A DNA stretch of 63,433 nt, counting the filler, from Saprolegnia diclina VS20 (Eukaryota), in the NCBI RefSeq assembly GCF_000281045.1. It is 6 parts of 4 records of this genome, joined end to end, with 100 filler letters (N's around TTAATTAATTAA, not from the genome) between each part and the next. Parts side by side here need not be neighbours in the genome. Positions count along the whole stretch, not along the records: positions 1 to 16,904 come from NW_008246168.1; positions 17,005 to 35,613 come from NW_008246168.1; 4 more parts are not named here. One strand, written 5' to 3'. The position numbers and the translations under genes are program-made. Shown here one piece after another: positions 14,381 through 26,989 of this stretch (positions within the stretch are counted from its first letter, which is position 1; each line of letters opens with the position of its first letter). The notes beneath the pieces are model-generated. The model was not told the origin of the DNA. It worked only from the letters and a program-made list of their open reading frames with translations, and did no database searches.

Positions 14381-15519
14381 TTACGGCGCGGCGGCGAGTC
14401 CGAGCTTGGCGACGACCTTGGTGAGCCAGTCGTCCATGATGGTGTTGACTTGATCCGGGGCCTCCCAGAGGACCCAGTGGCCTGCTTCGTCGACAAGACC
14501 GCGCGTGAGGTTGGGCACCAGCTTCTCCATACCAATGCTCATCGTGGGCGGCAACGCCATGTCATGCGTCGCAGCAATGAAGAGCGCGTCGTGCTGGAGC
14601 GTCAGGTCGAGCCCGACCTTGTCATCGTAGTCCATCTCAACCGTCTTGTACCAGTTCAGGCCCGTCTGGAAGCCTTGGCGCTGGTACTTGGCGACGATGA
14701 ATGCGAGGTCGTCGTCCGAGAGATTCGCCTTCTTTGTCGACGGGTCAAACTCAAACTGTTCAAAGTGGTCGAGCATTGCCTTGAGGTCTGCGAACGCGGC
14801 TTCGGGGCGATGGGATTCTTGAAACTGGAAGATGAGCTTGAAGAACTTTTCCGTGTTCGCTTCAAAGCGGGCCGCAGTGCCGTCCTGCACGAGCAAGAGC
14901 TGGTACGTCAGCGTCGGCGCGTACTTGACCATGATCTCGAGCGTGAGCTTGACGGGCGTTAGCGGACGGTACGGCGTGCAGATGGCGCCGACAGCTGCGA
15001 CGCGCGACGGCTGGAAGAGCGCCATGGACCACGCCATGTTGCCGCCCCAGTCGTGCCCGACGACAATGGCCTTCTCGATCTGCAAGTGGTCTACGCATAA
15101 CGTCAGTGCCAACATGCACGCGGACCGTCGTACCGAGCAGCTGCGCGTATACAAGCGCGAGGTTCTTCCGACGGTAGAATTCTGGTTCTTTCGGTGACGT
15201 CGTCGCGCCAAACCCAGGTTGATCCGGCACAATGACGCGGTACGTCTTGCGAAAGTGCTGGATTTGAAACTAGAAAAGTTGTGGAAATGAATCAACCCGA
15301 CGTGCCAGATCCGGAAAGAACGCACCCGCCAGCTCCACCACAAGTCGGGCCAGCCGTGGAGCAAAAGGAGCGGTACCGCATCTACCCACATTGCGTTTGC
15401 GAATTGCATACAAAAAGCAAGATCGTACCGCGGGGCCCCACGTCAACGTAGTGGAGGCGAAGGCCATCCGAGAGACTGAGGTATTCGTGGGTGTAGCTCG
15501 GGTCGTAGGGAGAAGTCAT
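14381..15519 (-). CDS. Soluble epoxide hydrolase-like alpha/beta hydrolase, copy 2 (tandem paralogue)
   Basis: Starts MTSPYDPSYTHEY; HGWPDLWW, GHDWGG, TYQ, LNWYK, THDMAL, AGHW; similar exon layout to copy 1. Confidence 0.9.
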
Positions 15520-16904
15520 GCTGCTGTGGCTTGTCGGCGTCAAAATGGAAAATGCAAGGCAAGGTCCCGAGGACCGCAGGTTTAGCTAATCCCCGCAGAT
15601 TGCACAACATAAAACATCTGTTTGCGACGCTGATGTGGTCACGTCGTCGGCTTTCAAAGCTTCACGTACGCACGTCATCCGCGATGTTTGGTCATCATGG
15701 ATGCCCAAGCCACGAGGAAATAGCTAACTTAGCGCATTTGTTGTTCTTTCGCTCGCCCTTGGATGTCGCTCTACGTATTTGTGCAATCTACTGTACAAAG
15801 TGAAATTGGTTGTGGTACTCCCGCAATATGCCATGGAACAGGACTACAGAAGAGCAAGACGCGCAAGGGTATATAAGCATCTCTTATATACCCTTGAGAC
15901 GCGCTACCGCCTGCGAACGAATGAACAAAGAAAGGAGATGGCAAGTCTCTATGTCGACAAAATCTTAGCAAAGATAACGGTCACATTAAGGGTCGATTCA
16001 GAGTAACTTTGGGCCAGCGGCTTTTGAAATCGCCAGATGCTGTGCAGAGTAACTTACAGCGACTCCGAGACAGTGAGGTGCGGCTCTCGGCTGGAGACCA
16101 ACAGATGGCGTTTCCCATCGCTGATTGGCCAGTTTGAGATTTCCTCCAGGTCAGCGGCTGTCGGATCACACAAGCTCTGACGCATGTTATTGGTAGAAAT
16201 TCAGATTTAGCTCACATGGATTGGCTGTTTCAAAGTATTTTTTTCATTGGCTGAAAATCGAGCGACCAGGACAAGAGGCCGAGGCGCCATATTAAAGTGC
16301 CAATATTGGAGTTTAATACAGTTTATAGCAGTGTTGCACCTTGATGAATGAAACAGAACCATAGTTATTCACAGATATTCTAGTAGCTGTTTAAATCAGC
16401 TTTAAGAAACATTCCGTTTTATACTCGGTGGTTGGGCGCGCTTGAAGGGATGATGAGCATGCGTGCGGCGCGGCGACGTGGCGGCGACGACACGCCTGTT
16501 CAAGAGCGCTTCACCTTGGGCAGGGTGGTGGACGCATCCGCATAGATAGATCCACCCTCCAGCTGTAATAGCGACTACGGGTATCGCTATGGCGGGCGCT
16601 TGGCGCGCGTCATGCTCAGTGCTATCGCCAACGAGACGTCAGGCATAGCCGTAGCCCTGATGCGATGCTAGATCCCGCTCGTTCCGGGCCCAGAGATGCA
16701 AGTCAGTGCTGCGATTGTTAAGCTCGTGGCTCTACGCTTGCAGAGTGCAGTACACCTATCTCGTGTGACGGCATCGACAGCACGCACGACGACGGCTCGG
16801 TCTAACGGCGGCTTGACGAGGCGCCCTGGGGCAAGCCATGCTCACCAATGAATATTTGTTGTCGATCTAGCCAATCAAAATGGATCATACATTTTACTCT
16901 GACT

Positions 16905-17004
16905 NNNNNNNNNNNNNNNNNNNNNNNNNNNNNNNNNNNNNNNNNNNNTTAATTAATTAANNNNNNNNNNNNNNNNNNNNNNNNNNNNNNNNNNNNNNNN
17001 NNNN
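16905..17004. other. Scaffold gap with artificial TTAATTAATTAA linker (others: 35614-35713, 46806-46905, 57663-57762, 61900-61999; plain N gaps 59271-59370, 60319-60418)
   Basis: Exactly 100-nt N blocks; the linker gives stops in all six frames. Confidence 0.97.
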
Positions 17005-17449
17005 GAGGTTTCGGCCCTTTTCGTAGTTGGAAGGGACAGCTCGCCTATAATTGCTATCGGTATGATCGGCTTGCTTGTGGGCAGGACTACTAGGTGAACA
17101 GCGATGATTGAAACGCGTCCCGTCCTACGTCAACGAGTCCATGACTAGGACGCCAACATGGTGCGATAATCTTGTGATATAGCCGTTGGGGTTTCGGAGT
17201 CCTTTGTCTGGTTTGTGTTTATTGTAATGACTCATTTTTCACAGCTACCTCAGTGAGTGGGAACTTGAGTAGTTGTCCGACTTCTGTTCAACGTTGGCGA
17301 GGCAGTTAGCGCGCATCATCATTGCCATGAGGAGCACAGCGAGCTTAGAGCGTGTACATGTCTTTGGAAATGAGCTGGACGCATCCAAGATCGCACTGCC
17401 TATACGATGGCTTGGCTGAGACCAGAGGCTGCCACGTATTTGCACGTTT

Positions 17450-17468
17450 TATCCGGATTCTCCGGATA
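17450..17468. promoter_or_regulatory. Paired TATCCGGAT/TCCGGATA element (example of a recurrent upstream motif)
   Basis: tatccggattctccggata immediately before the Gemin6-like ATG; similar sites precede several other genes (see findings). Confidence 0.55.
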
Positions 17469-17475
17469 AAAAGAC

Positions 17476-18024
17476 ATGGCCGCGCACGCTGTGTACGTGG
17501 CCCACGCGGACCTCGTGGGCGCCGCCGTCGTGCTCCGCCAAACGAACATGAGCTTTCTCCGAGGAGCGCTCTTTAGCTTGGACCCGGAGAACGGCGTCGC
17601 TGTCCTCCTCACGCTCGACGACGAGGCGACGGCTGTGCAGAGCCGGGCCGTCATGGGCCATGCCATCGCTGCCATCGAAGAAGACGCGGACGGTGGCGTC
17701 GACATTGCCGCGTTGCGTGCGTGGGTGGATGCGCGCGGGCAAAGCAAGCGCTTCGAGTTGCACGAGGCAGCATTGCCTGCGTTGCAGGCCTTCCTTACCA
17801 GCGTACGAGCGTGTTCGTTGTTATTTTGGATGCGAATGCACTCATACGACTACGCTGCGTAGCGCTGCATCGAGACGACGATGGGCGCCGAGAACCAACT
17901 GCTTGTCTTTGGCGGCGCTGCGACGATATCACCGCCGTACGACGCGTACGCTATCAGTTGCCAAAACGACTTTGTCGCGCAGCGCCTCAAGGGGCTCCTG
18001 CACGAGTGGGAAGCAACCACGTAA
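17476..18024 (+). CDS. Gemin6-like Sm-fold protein (two exons)
   Basis: Sm-like N-part GALFSLDPENGVAVLL; after an intron (about 17803-17862) LLVFGGAATISPPYDAYAISCQNDFVAQRLKGLL, resembling the Gemin6/LSM12 C-terminal 'I.PPY....C...N' domain. Confidence 0.7.
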
Positions 18025-18958
18025 ACCAACATGCACCATGTACCGTACTTGTCAAAACGACGCTTCAAAGGTGGCGTGCGACCGTTGGGTACTTGATGGT
18101 CAGTGCATGAGGTGGCTCTGCCTGTCGACACCGATCCATTTTCAAGGTTGGTATCGAAACTGAACAATAGAAGTCGACAAGAGGTCGTTCTTTCGGGTGT
18201 CTATATACTTCAATCACTAGAATCTATATGTACTTGAAGATTCCGGAAGGTCGTTGCGCGAAACTCTCAAGGACAAGTTGGTGCGATGCTGAATGAAGGT
18301 GCAGGAAATTCACTCGCCAAATTTCACATTGTGTGTAGCCAATCAGCGTCGAGAACGAGTGGAAACAAATTTAATGCGGGCGATCGCGGGCTTGGGAATC
18401 CTTGAACCAGCTCCTGGAACCAAGGAGCTTGGCTTCGATAGATACGAGCGAGAACACGAGCTCGTCCACCGGTGCATACGACTGTCAAGTCGTTGTGCTG
18501 CAGGTCCTTCGCCAAAGCGAGTGGCGGCGCAATGTGGGACATGGTCGGCGCTCGATTATTGGCTCCTTATCCGGACGGTATCTTTGCCAACGGGCTGGTC
18601 CAAGCAGCCACCGCCGAGAAGACTCGGAAGCACCTGGAGAGTTTGTGATCTCTAGACAAAGCACCAGCTCTGTGTATATAGTCGTCAGATCTTATAGGTT
18701 AGCTTGCCCACTACTAGGACAAAAGCAGCACCTCCAAAACGCCCTTTCCCGTCGTCCCTGGGACACGGCACCGAACTGGGCGCCACGCCCGACTTGAGGG
18801 AAAAACCCGCTTCAGATCGCGTTGGGCCCGACAACAATACAATTCGTAAGTTGACGCATTATCTTTCGATTTGTATGGAGAGCGGCAAAAACGGTATTTA
18901 ATTACAATGATGGTCGCAGCTGTATTTTTGGAGAAGCGGTCATTTGGATTTGCGCTCG

Positions 18959-20083
18959 ATGACGATCAACAACGACGACCTCCGCGCACTGACGCCAGCC
19001 GACGCCTTCGACTACTTCACCTACGGCGAATGGACCATCTCGCCCATGGAGATCCAGCGCACGTACTGCCTCCAGGCCAACGACGACGACGGCCTCGGGC
19101 CTGGGCTCTGGGTGCTGCGGAAGATCGCCGACGTCGGCCAGCCCCCGATCAAGGCCAGCCCGATGGCGTCCAGCGAGTACGCCGAAGTCGAGATCGCGAC
19201 GCGTATCTCGCATGCGCCACGCCCGTGCACTGCTAGCGCGGTGCCCGTCGCCGTATCGCCGAGCGCCGTCGATGTGTCGAGCGACAACGGCTACGAATTT
19301 GGCGACGAGGCTGGCATGGAAGACGATGCGGAAGCGAATATGGAGCTCAATGACGCAGCGCCGGCGCCTTTGTTTGCGACGTCACCACCTGCTCCGACGG
19401 TGGCCGCGTCAATCCAGTCGACGCCTGTCAAGGTTACCCTGCCCCCGCGCACGACTGGCATCTCGCCCACGCAGGCCAGCAGCAAGATGGCCGTGCGTCG
19501 CCCCAACAAGCGACCTCTCGACCCTTCCACGTCATTGCAGCTGCTTCCATCGACCCCGCTGGAGATTGATGACGACATGCTGACCGTCGAAGTGGCGCGT
19601 GCGCACGTGGGGCCGCTCGTGCACTCGCCGCTCGATCTCGAGAGCGATTTTACAGCGACAACGAAATCGACGACGCCTCTCTGGACCCGCTTGCGCTCGG
19701 GCTTTGACAGCATGCTTACCGACGGGTGGAGCTGCCCTGCGCCTTTGACGACCGTCGACGAAGATGCCATGTACTACGACATGGAGGACTTCCACGACTC
19801 GCCCCTCGACGTGACAGTGGCCCTCGCGACAACGTCTGTGCCCGATGCTCCAGTGGCCAAGGCTCGTAAGCGACGAAAGACCGCCGCGACGCCGACGCCG
19901 ACGCCGCGACGCATGACGCGCAGCCAGACAAAGCTCAAGCTGGAGCGCCAGGGCATTTCTGAAGCCAACATGCTCGAGCACCCCCGCAATTCGGTCGACC
20001 CGCCGCGCCAATGGCAACGGTGGCAGTCGTGCGGCCATCTCCACAGCACGGGTAGCGCGTGTTGTGATCACCACCACCAATAG
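18959..20083 (+). CDS. Hypothetical protein, largely low-complexity, with basic NLS-like KARKRRK
   Basis: Uninterrupted ~375-codon ORF with GC3-rich codon usage like neighbouring genes; no domain recognised. Confidence 0.65.
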   Translation: MTINNDDLRALTPADAFDYFTYGEWTISPMEIQRTYCLQANDDDGLGPGLWVLRKIADVGQPPIKASPMASSEYAEVEIATRISHAPRPCTASAVPVAVSPSAVDVSSDNGYEFGDEAGMEDDAEANMELNDAAPAPLFATSPPAPTVAASIQSTPVKVTLPPRTTGISPTQASSKMAVRRPNKRPLDPSTSLQLLPSTPLEIDDDMLTVEVARAHVGPLVHSPLDLESDFTATTKSTTPLWTRLRSGFDSMLTDGWSCPAPLTTVDEDAMYYDMEDFHDSPLDVTVALATTSVPDAPVAKARKRRKTAATPTPTPRRMTRSQTKLKLERQGISEANMLEHPRNSVDPPRQWQRWQSCGHLHSTGSACCDHHHQ

Positions 20084-20607
20084 TTGGCTGGTCGTCAACT
20101 ACTAAACTTATGTAATCGAAGGAAATGTACAGTATCTATGGTGAAGCACTGGAACCAACCTTGCAGAGCAATGCATGAGGGCTGCTGTCCAGAAGGTGCG
20201 TACTGGCCAATTGAGGAATAGACTAGACATATAGTGGGAGGGCCACGACTCATTAGTAGGGAAATTCAGCTAGTGGCTCCACGGAAATCACCCCGATCTG
20301 CCTTACAGAGAAGTATAACTCAGTGGTATCATACTCTGTGTTTGCATCACGTCTATTTTGTGAAATGTAAAATTTCACAGGTAAGACTTTACCTACTAAT
20401 GAGTTAATTAACGTCAAGCTAGCCGCGATCACTACACTCGCTAGAAAATCCACATTTTTGTCTTTTGCATCAACTTGTCCAATTTTGCCATTGACGAATC
20501 TGTGCGCTGCAGGACCGCATGTCCCACATCGGCCCTTCACATTCCGGATAAAACGAACCTCGTATCCGGTTGACCCCGCCGCTTGCCATCAAATTGCAAC
20601 TGCGGCC

Positions 20608-21286
20608 ATGTCCTTCTTCGAAGCCAAAGTCAAGAAGCCGATCGTTGACCTGCTCACGTCGGGCGGTAGATGCGAATAGCGTCGTCGCCGCTGCCTCATG
20701 GCTCATCCTCGTTCTACCTAGCCTCGCCCCATAGCCTTGCGCTCTCGATGGCCTTTGGCGTGACCTGCGGTGGGCCATCGTCCGAGCGGCCACGGCCTCA
20801 TGGGCGATGTAGGTATCTTTCCGATTCCGGGCGTGACGAGTGTCCCGGTCGTCGCCGCCGTCTTCCTCTTTGGGCTCAACCCGGTTGCGGCGATGCTCAT
20901 GAACTACCTCTGCACGCCGCTCAACATTGCGTCCGTGCCCGTCTTTGTGTACGTTCCATCGTCTTGCTTCCTTGCGTGTCTGAGTCACGGCTCGTAGGGC
21001 GTATGGCGGCCAGTTCTTTGGCGATGGCGCAGAGGACTTTTCCGTCTCGACGCTACTCCAAGTACGCACTGCTACTGTGATGGACGTGCGCCAACACTGG
21101 CCGTAGGGACTCCAAGACGATACGCTGGCGACGCTCGGGCAGTTCCAGTATGTGCTGCTGCACGCCATCTACATGTGGCTCGTCTTTCTGCCGGTCGGAA
21201 CGCTTGCGATCTACCTCGTGCTCTACCCGATCCTCAAGGTCAGCATTGGCAGTGCGACCAAGCCGACAAAGGCCAAGACGACCTAA
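20608..21286 (+). CDS. DUF2062-like small membrane protein, multi-exon
   Basis: Spliced product MSFFEAKVKKPIVDLLTSGASPHSLALSMAFGVTCGIFPIPGVTSVP...LNPVAAMLMNYLCTPL, typical of the 'SP..LALS.A.G...G.FP' DUF2062 pattern. Confidence 0.75.
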
Positions 21287-21422
21287 GATCTACGACCGAC
21301 GCCACGTCTTCTCCAAGAGCTTCCGCTATCAGAAGACAATATTGTGTATTGACCCTTGCCACGAGTAAGACCAAGGATAATGCACGCCCTGAGGATGCAA
21401 CCGGAGAGGAATTTAGAGCGGT

Positions 21423-23326
21423 TTAGATGCCCATGCCCACGGGGCTGTACCGCTCCTTCTTCTTCTCGGGCGTAAAGAGCTCGTCAATGTCTTCGAGCGA
21501 GACGCCGCGGGTCTCTGGCAAGGCTCGGTACACGTAGATGGCACCGAGGATCGCGACGCCGCAGTAGATCCAAAACGTAATGTACGTCGTAGTGCCTTCG
21601 ATGAGCGAGAGGAATGTGAACGAAATGATGAGGTTGGAGATCCAGTTGACGGACGTCGACATGCTCATGGCCATGCCGCGCATCGCGAGCGGGTAAATCT
21701 CGGCGTTGATCGTCCACGGCATCGAGCCTAGTGGGATAGTTTGGCATGAACACTGCAAATAACAAGACGGCATTACCCATGCCCGACGCAAAGCACGCAA
21801 GGTACACAAAGAGCGCGATGAGAATCAGAATGCCGTGCGTCTTGGAGCTCGATGCGTCCGGGCACGACCCGTACGCCCACGACCCGCACGTCAAGGGTGA
21901 CGTCGGACCGACGTCGTCGCCGGGCACGCAGCGCGCGGGGCCAAATGCCGACGCGCAAAAGCCGCAGTGGGTGTTGGCCGCGCAGTCAAAGCAGGTCGTA
22001 ATGTGACTGCAGACACCGACACCGTCCACTGTCGTGGACGCGGCCTCGGCAAAGTAAAACGTGAGGCCAAGGAAGAAGAGCGAGACGACGACGCCCGCCA
22101 GACTCAGCAGCGTGAGCGGTCGGCGGCCCATGCTACAGACGTATAGAATTTGCATGAGACGAGTCCTTGTAGATTGTGAAGTGGGTACCGGTCAACGAGG
22201 TAAATACCGACAAACGTGAAGAGAAAGTTGCTAAAGGCGACGATCGCGCCGAGCCAAACGGCGGTTTGGTTGTTGGAAAACCCAGCCATGCGGATGATGC
22301 TCACGCCGTAGTACATGACCGTGTTGATACCGCAGAATTGCTGCAGCGCCTATTTGTCAAGAAGAAGCATGAGAAGTCGACGACCAAAGGACTTTAGACG
22401 GGATACCTGGAGCGAGCAGCCAAGGATGAGCGCTCGGCGCACCGAATCGGTACGGTACAGTTCGTGCCACGACCCGCGGCCTTCTTCGCGCTTGACTTCG
22501 GCTTCAATGCGGTTGAGTTCGCGCGTCAACAAGCCTTCTTGGTCGGCATCTTCGCCGCGAATGGCTGTGATGGCGAGCTCGGCTTCTTCCATGCGCCCCT
22601 TGGAGATGAGCCAGCGCGGGCTCTCTACAGGAGGGGTGAGCGGATGATGCTACAAACAATAGAGTACCTGGGAGGTACAAAAACCCAATAAACTGAAGGA
22701 CCGCTGGCAAGGTCGCGAGACCGAGCATGTAGCGCCATCCCGTCGGGTGCGAGCTCATGGCGGCCGCAAACACGGTCGCAAAGAACTGACCACCCGTCAC
22801 GAGTAGCGTGTTGATCGACACGAGCGTGCCACGTTGTTCTACGAATCGCTCGCATGAGATGCAAGTCACATGGACAATGATGGAGGACCTGGTGGCGAAA
22901 CTTCGGCAATGTACAGCGGAACTAGTAAGCACACAGAAACGAGTGAGCAACGGCGTTGAGAACAAGAGGCGTACTCGTGAGCGACGAGAGACCAAGACCA
23001 AGACCGACACTGAGCCGGCCAAAAATGAGTTCGTACTTGGATTGGGCAAAACCCATGAGCGCGCTGCCAATAGCAAACAGCACGGCCGAGATCAGAATGA
23101 CGCGGCGGCGGCCCCACGCGTCGTTGGCGCAGCTCCCAGCCGCAGCGCCGAGGATCGCGCCAAAGACCGTGGCCGAGACGACGACTTCGGACTGGAACGA
23201 GTCGAGGTGGAAGTCTTCTTGGAGAAAAATGAGCGCACCCGAGATGACGCCGGTGTCATAGCCGAAAAGGAAGCCGCCGGTCGTCGAGACGAGCGTAAGA
23301 AGCTTCAGGTTGCCTCCGCGCGCCAT
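21423..23326 (-). CDS. MFS sugar porter, proton/myo-inositol cotransporter (HMIT/INT-like)
   Basis: GGFLFGYDTGVISGAL, DAWGRR, PLYIAEVSP, ESPRWL, QQFCGINTVMYY, PWTINAEIYP, LPETRG; Cys-rich extracellular loop (CSHITTCFDC..CGFC) characteristic of HMIT/INT. Confidence 0.9.
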
Positions 23327-24489
23327 GACGATCAAATTGGAAACTGCGATTGGCTGTATTTCCCGCGGATATCCGCCGGGAACGGCCACGGATTCGCAGA
23401 CACCTGCGAAAATACGCGACATTCGGCCAATCCAACCACCTGGTACATGGCATGAAATAGTGTTTCCTCACATAGAAGAAAGCAATGTTGGCATGTACAC
23501 TATTACCGGTTTTGAATCAATGACGTGCAAATAGACACGGTGCCATCGACCCACCCAGCATGACGCCATAAGCTTGACAACGGCGTCGTGTACGGCAGTG
23601 TGTAGCACCATCGAGTCCCATTCGTCTTTTCTATAGAATACGAACGCCGGTTTGCCTCTACTACGCACACCCAGGTGCTAGGATGTGCTGGTAACAGGGT
23701 ACTATCCATGAAGACTAGTGACACGCCACTGCAACGTGTGCCCGTCTGCCTGTCCATGGCCCTTGATGCCATTGCCGTGAGCCGGCTTCGTGCAATGAGA
23801 GCCCAAGCGATCGACATTCCTTGACGCTGCTCCACCAGCAGCAGTACGTGACGCAATGATAGCGTTCTTGGCTAGGCTCACGGCGGCGACCTGGCTAGCT
23901 GAGAATGTTGTCGGCCAGCCACGTTAGCCAGCTCAGAACTAGTACGTCACCGGTCCGACAGGAGCGGCTACCTGGCGGCTACTGTACTGGTACGTTGCAT
24001 GGGTCAATAATAAAGACCCATGTACGTTGGTCGTCGCTTGACAAAACGTTCTCAGATGCTGTTCTTCCCATTGCAGCCTTTCGCATTGCACGCCTAAGCC
24101 TTTTGCTCGAGATGACAAAGCAGCAAGAGACGGAAGCAACTGCGTGCGAGCCATTTCCGCCGCGGTGTAGTCAGTAGGACTGTAGACTCGCATTCGCAGT
24201 TCGCTAGGAGCTTTATCTCGCTGATCTCGACACCAAGTGAGATCAACGACAGAGCGTGATCAACAACGTCACCAAAGTCGCTGCTTCGTCCCTGCTTATA
24301 GCTCGTGCAGAAGACAAGAGCCGATCATAAGGCCTCGACAGAAAGCAGATGCATCAACCGCACGTTCACGGCCTGCGTTTCCTTGTGCACACAAGGGCTC
24401 AAAGCACCCTTTGCTGCCAAGGTCGCGCGAGGTTGAAGCTGGCGTTGTCAAGTGGCAATGTGGCGGATTATCCGGATTCTACGGTAAAC

Positions 24490-26978
24490 ATGGGGACCGG
24501 CGACAAGGTCCGGCGCCTGCGCGAGGAGCTCGCGGCCACGGCGGCGCGGCAGGCCGACGTTCTCTCGAGCCTCGAGCGGTATGCGACTGCGGATGCCAAT
24601 GTCTCGTCGATCAAGCGGCAGATCTCTGGCGACCAGCCGCCGACCAACGCCAAGGAGGCCCTCTGGCACCACACGCAGGCGCTTCTGCAGCACCATCTCT
24701 ACAGCCAGGACGCGGCGAGCATTGATGTACTGCGCAAGCAGACTAAGCATGTGGGCACCGCGATCACGGGCGCGCACGATGTAGCCGAGAAGATGACGCG
24801 CGAGGTGCGACTTCTCGGGCGCGTCCAGGAGCGCGTCAAGGCGTCCATCGAACGGAGCGATGGCATGCTGCGCGTGCGCCAGAGCATGCAGCGGCTCCAA
24901 GGATGCATGCACGAGCGCAAGTACAAGGACGCAGCGGCGTGCCTCAAGGAGCTCCGAGACATTGAAGCGCTCTCGATTCCGATCGACGTCGGCGACAAGC
25001 TGCGCATGAACAGCGCCGAGAACGACATTCGCGATGCGATCGAGCGGCAGATGAACGCAGCGCTTTACGCCAAGGACGAAGCCGCCGTCCTGCGTCTCGG
25101 CAGCATCTTTGAGCCAATGCTGTTTGCCGAAGAAGGCGTCAGCATGGTGCTGTCGTTCGTCGCGTCGCAACTCGACGAGCGTCTCGCGTCGTCGTCGCTC
25201 CAGCGCCTCTCGGTCCACGACCTCACGTCGCACTTGATCCACGTACATGTCTTTTCTCTTCTTTCGTCTCGCTCATCATTTAGCCTGCCGCCCATAGGTG
25301 TTCAACTCGGTGGCCGAGGTGACGCTGCGCTTTGAGCCGCTCATGCTGCAGTCGTTCAGCTCGGTGCGCGGCGCCGAGCGGCTCTTGAGCCGCGTGTACA
25401 CTCTCGCGAGCCCGATCGCTGTGCGCATCCTCGACGCATACATTGCGAAGCGGGGGCTTGCCGACTTGGTCCACAAGGCACGGACAGCGCAACAACAACC
25501 GGACCCCAGTGGCCCCACTGCCAAGACAGCGGTCTCGTCGAAGCCCGAGAACAACGTCGACTGGAACCCGCAGCTCAACGAAGTCGCGGTGGTCCTCCAG
25601 CATTCACAGACCTACGAGCGGTTTGTACGGGCGCGCGATGTCTTCTACCTGGCCTCGTCGTCATCATCGTCGTCGTCCGCTACCTCGCTCCTTCCGTCGT
25701 TCAATGCAAGCCCGCTGAACACAAGCGTTCAGGAGCTTGCCGCACTCTACTGTGCGCTCGAAGACGTCTGCCTCACCGCGTCGACCAAGAAGGCCCTAAC
25801 CACCGAAGAGATGCGCTCGATTGCGAGCGGCGCGGCATTGATTCCCGTCTCGTCGATCATTGACGAAGTGTTTTACGTCGGCCGCAATAGCGCGTGCCGG
25901 GCGCTCGCCACGGGCCACGTCGACGCGGCCTGCGGTGTCCTCAACCTCGTCGCAACGCTGCTCGAGACGACGCTGCATGACGTGATCAAGACGCGCGTCC
26001 TCGCGCTGCCGCGGGAGATGCGCGAGGCTACACCGCTCACAGGCCTCTTGACCAACTTGCAGTCGAGCACGCAGCTACGAGACCAGATCCAAACGATCGC
26101 CACTCTCGGCAAGAAGATGACGTCGCGCAACTTGAGTGCGACGACGCCACCGGCATCGACGACAACGCCTGTCTCTGGCCCGCTCAAGCCCGTGCTGGCA
26201 CCGCCCGTGACGCTCAACAGCATCCACACGCTTCTTTCATACCTCGCGCAGCTGCAAGCGACGTTGGAAGTGGACGCCAAGGCGGCGTTCACCGACCCAT
26301 TGCCCGCTCACATCAAGAGCTGCCTCTTGGGTATGCCTCTTTCTCTTTTGACCCTATATCAACGAGATGCTAGGCTTCGAGGATGTGGCCAAGGACTACA
26401 AGGAGCTGCTCGTGACGGCCATAGCGCACATTGCAGGCGTCTTTCAGCCCAAGCTCGCTTCGTTTCTGACGCCGATTCTCAAGAAGACGTCGTTCGACTT
26501 GACAGACGCTGTGTTTGCGGCCAACGAAGTCAACGACCCATTCGCCGCCGCGCTCGTGACGCAGCTGCGTCATCTCCTCGACCCGTACGAACAGCATTTG
26601 GCGTGCGAGACGTTCGAGCAGCTCGTGGACGCGATCACGCTCGTGGTGGCGGAGCTCCTCGAAGGGCTTTTGCTGACCAAGCTCGTGCCCTTCAACCAGC
26701 TCGGGGCCATGCAGCTCGAGAAGGACATTCGCGTTCTTGCCAACTACCTCGGTGAGAAGGTCCAGTTTAACCACGCCCATTACCGGACCTTTGGGACCCT
26801 TCGGCAATGCATCATGGTCCTCAACGTCGACGTGCCCGATGACGTGCTCGAGTTTTACGGCCGCCCGACAACACGAGGCGTCGTCGACTGGAAGCTGTCG
26901 GCCGGTCGCGTCATTGAGCTCCTCCAGGCGCGGGTCGAGTTTACGACGGTCGAGATCGCAGCGCTCGAGCTCGCATAA
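24490..26978 (+). CDS. COG4: Conserved oligomeric Golgi complex subunit 4
   Basis: N-terminal coiled coil AEKMTREVRLLGRVQERVKASI; SSIIDEVFYVGRNSACRALATG; C-terminal FAANEVNDPF...FNQLGAMQLEKDIRVLANYL; two short introns. Confidence 0.85.
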
Positions 26979-26989
26979 GGGCCATGCAT

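Noticed and set aside
15779..16006. Short protein-like ORFs in intergenic DNA (also 12202-12420)
   Set aside because: No credible start, splice partners or recognisable family.
16949..16960. TTAATTAATTAA palindrome recurring five times
   Set aside because: Always centred in a 100-nt N block; an artificial six-frame stop linker.
20253..20540. AT-rich 95-aa minus-strand ORF
   Set aside because: Composition differs from neighbours but no motif was recognised; cannot support a call.
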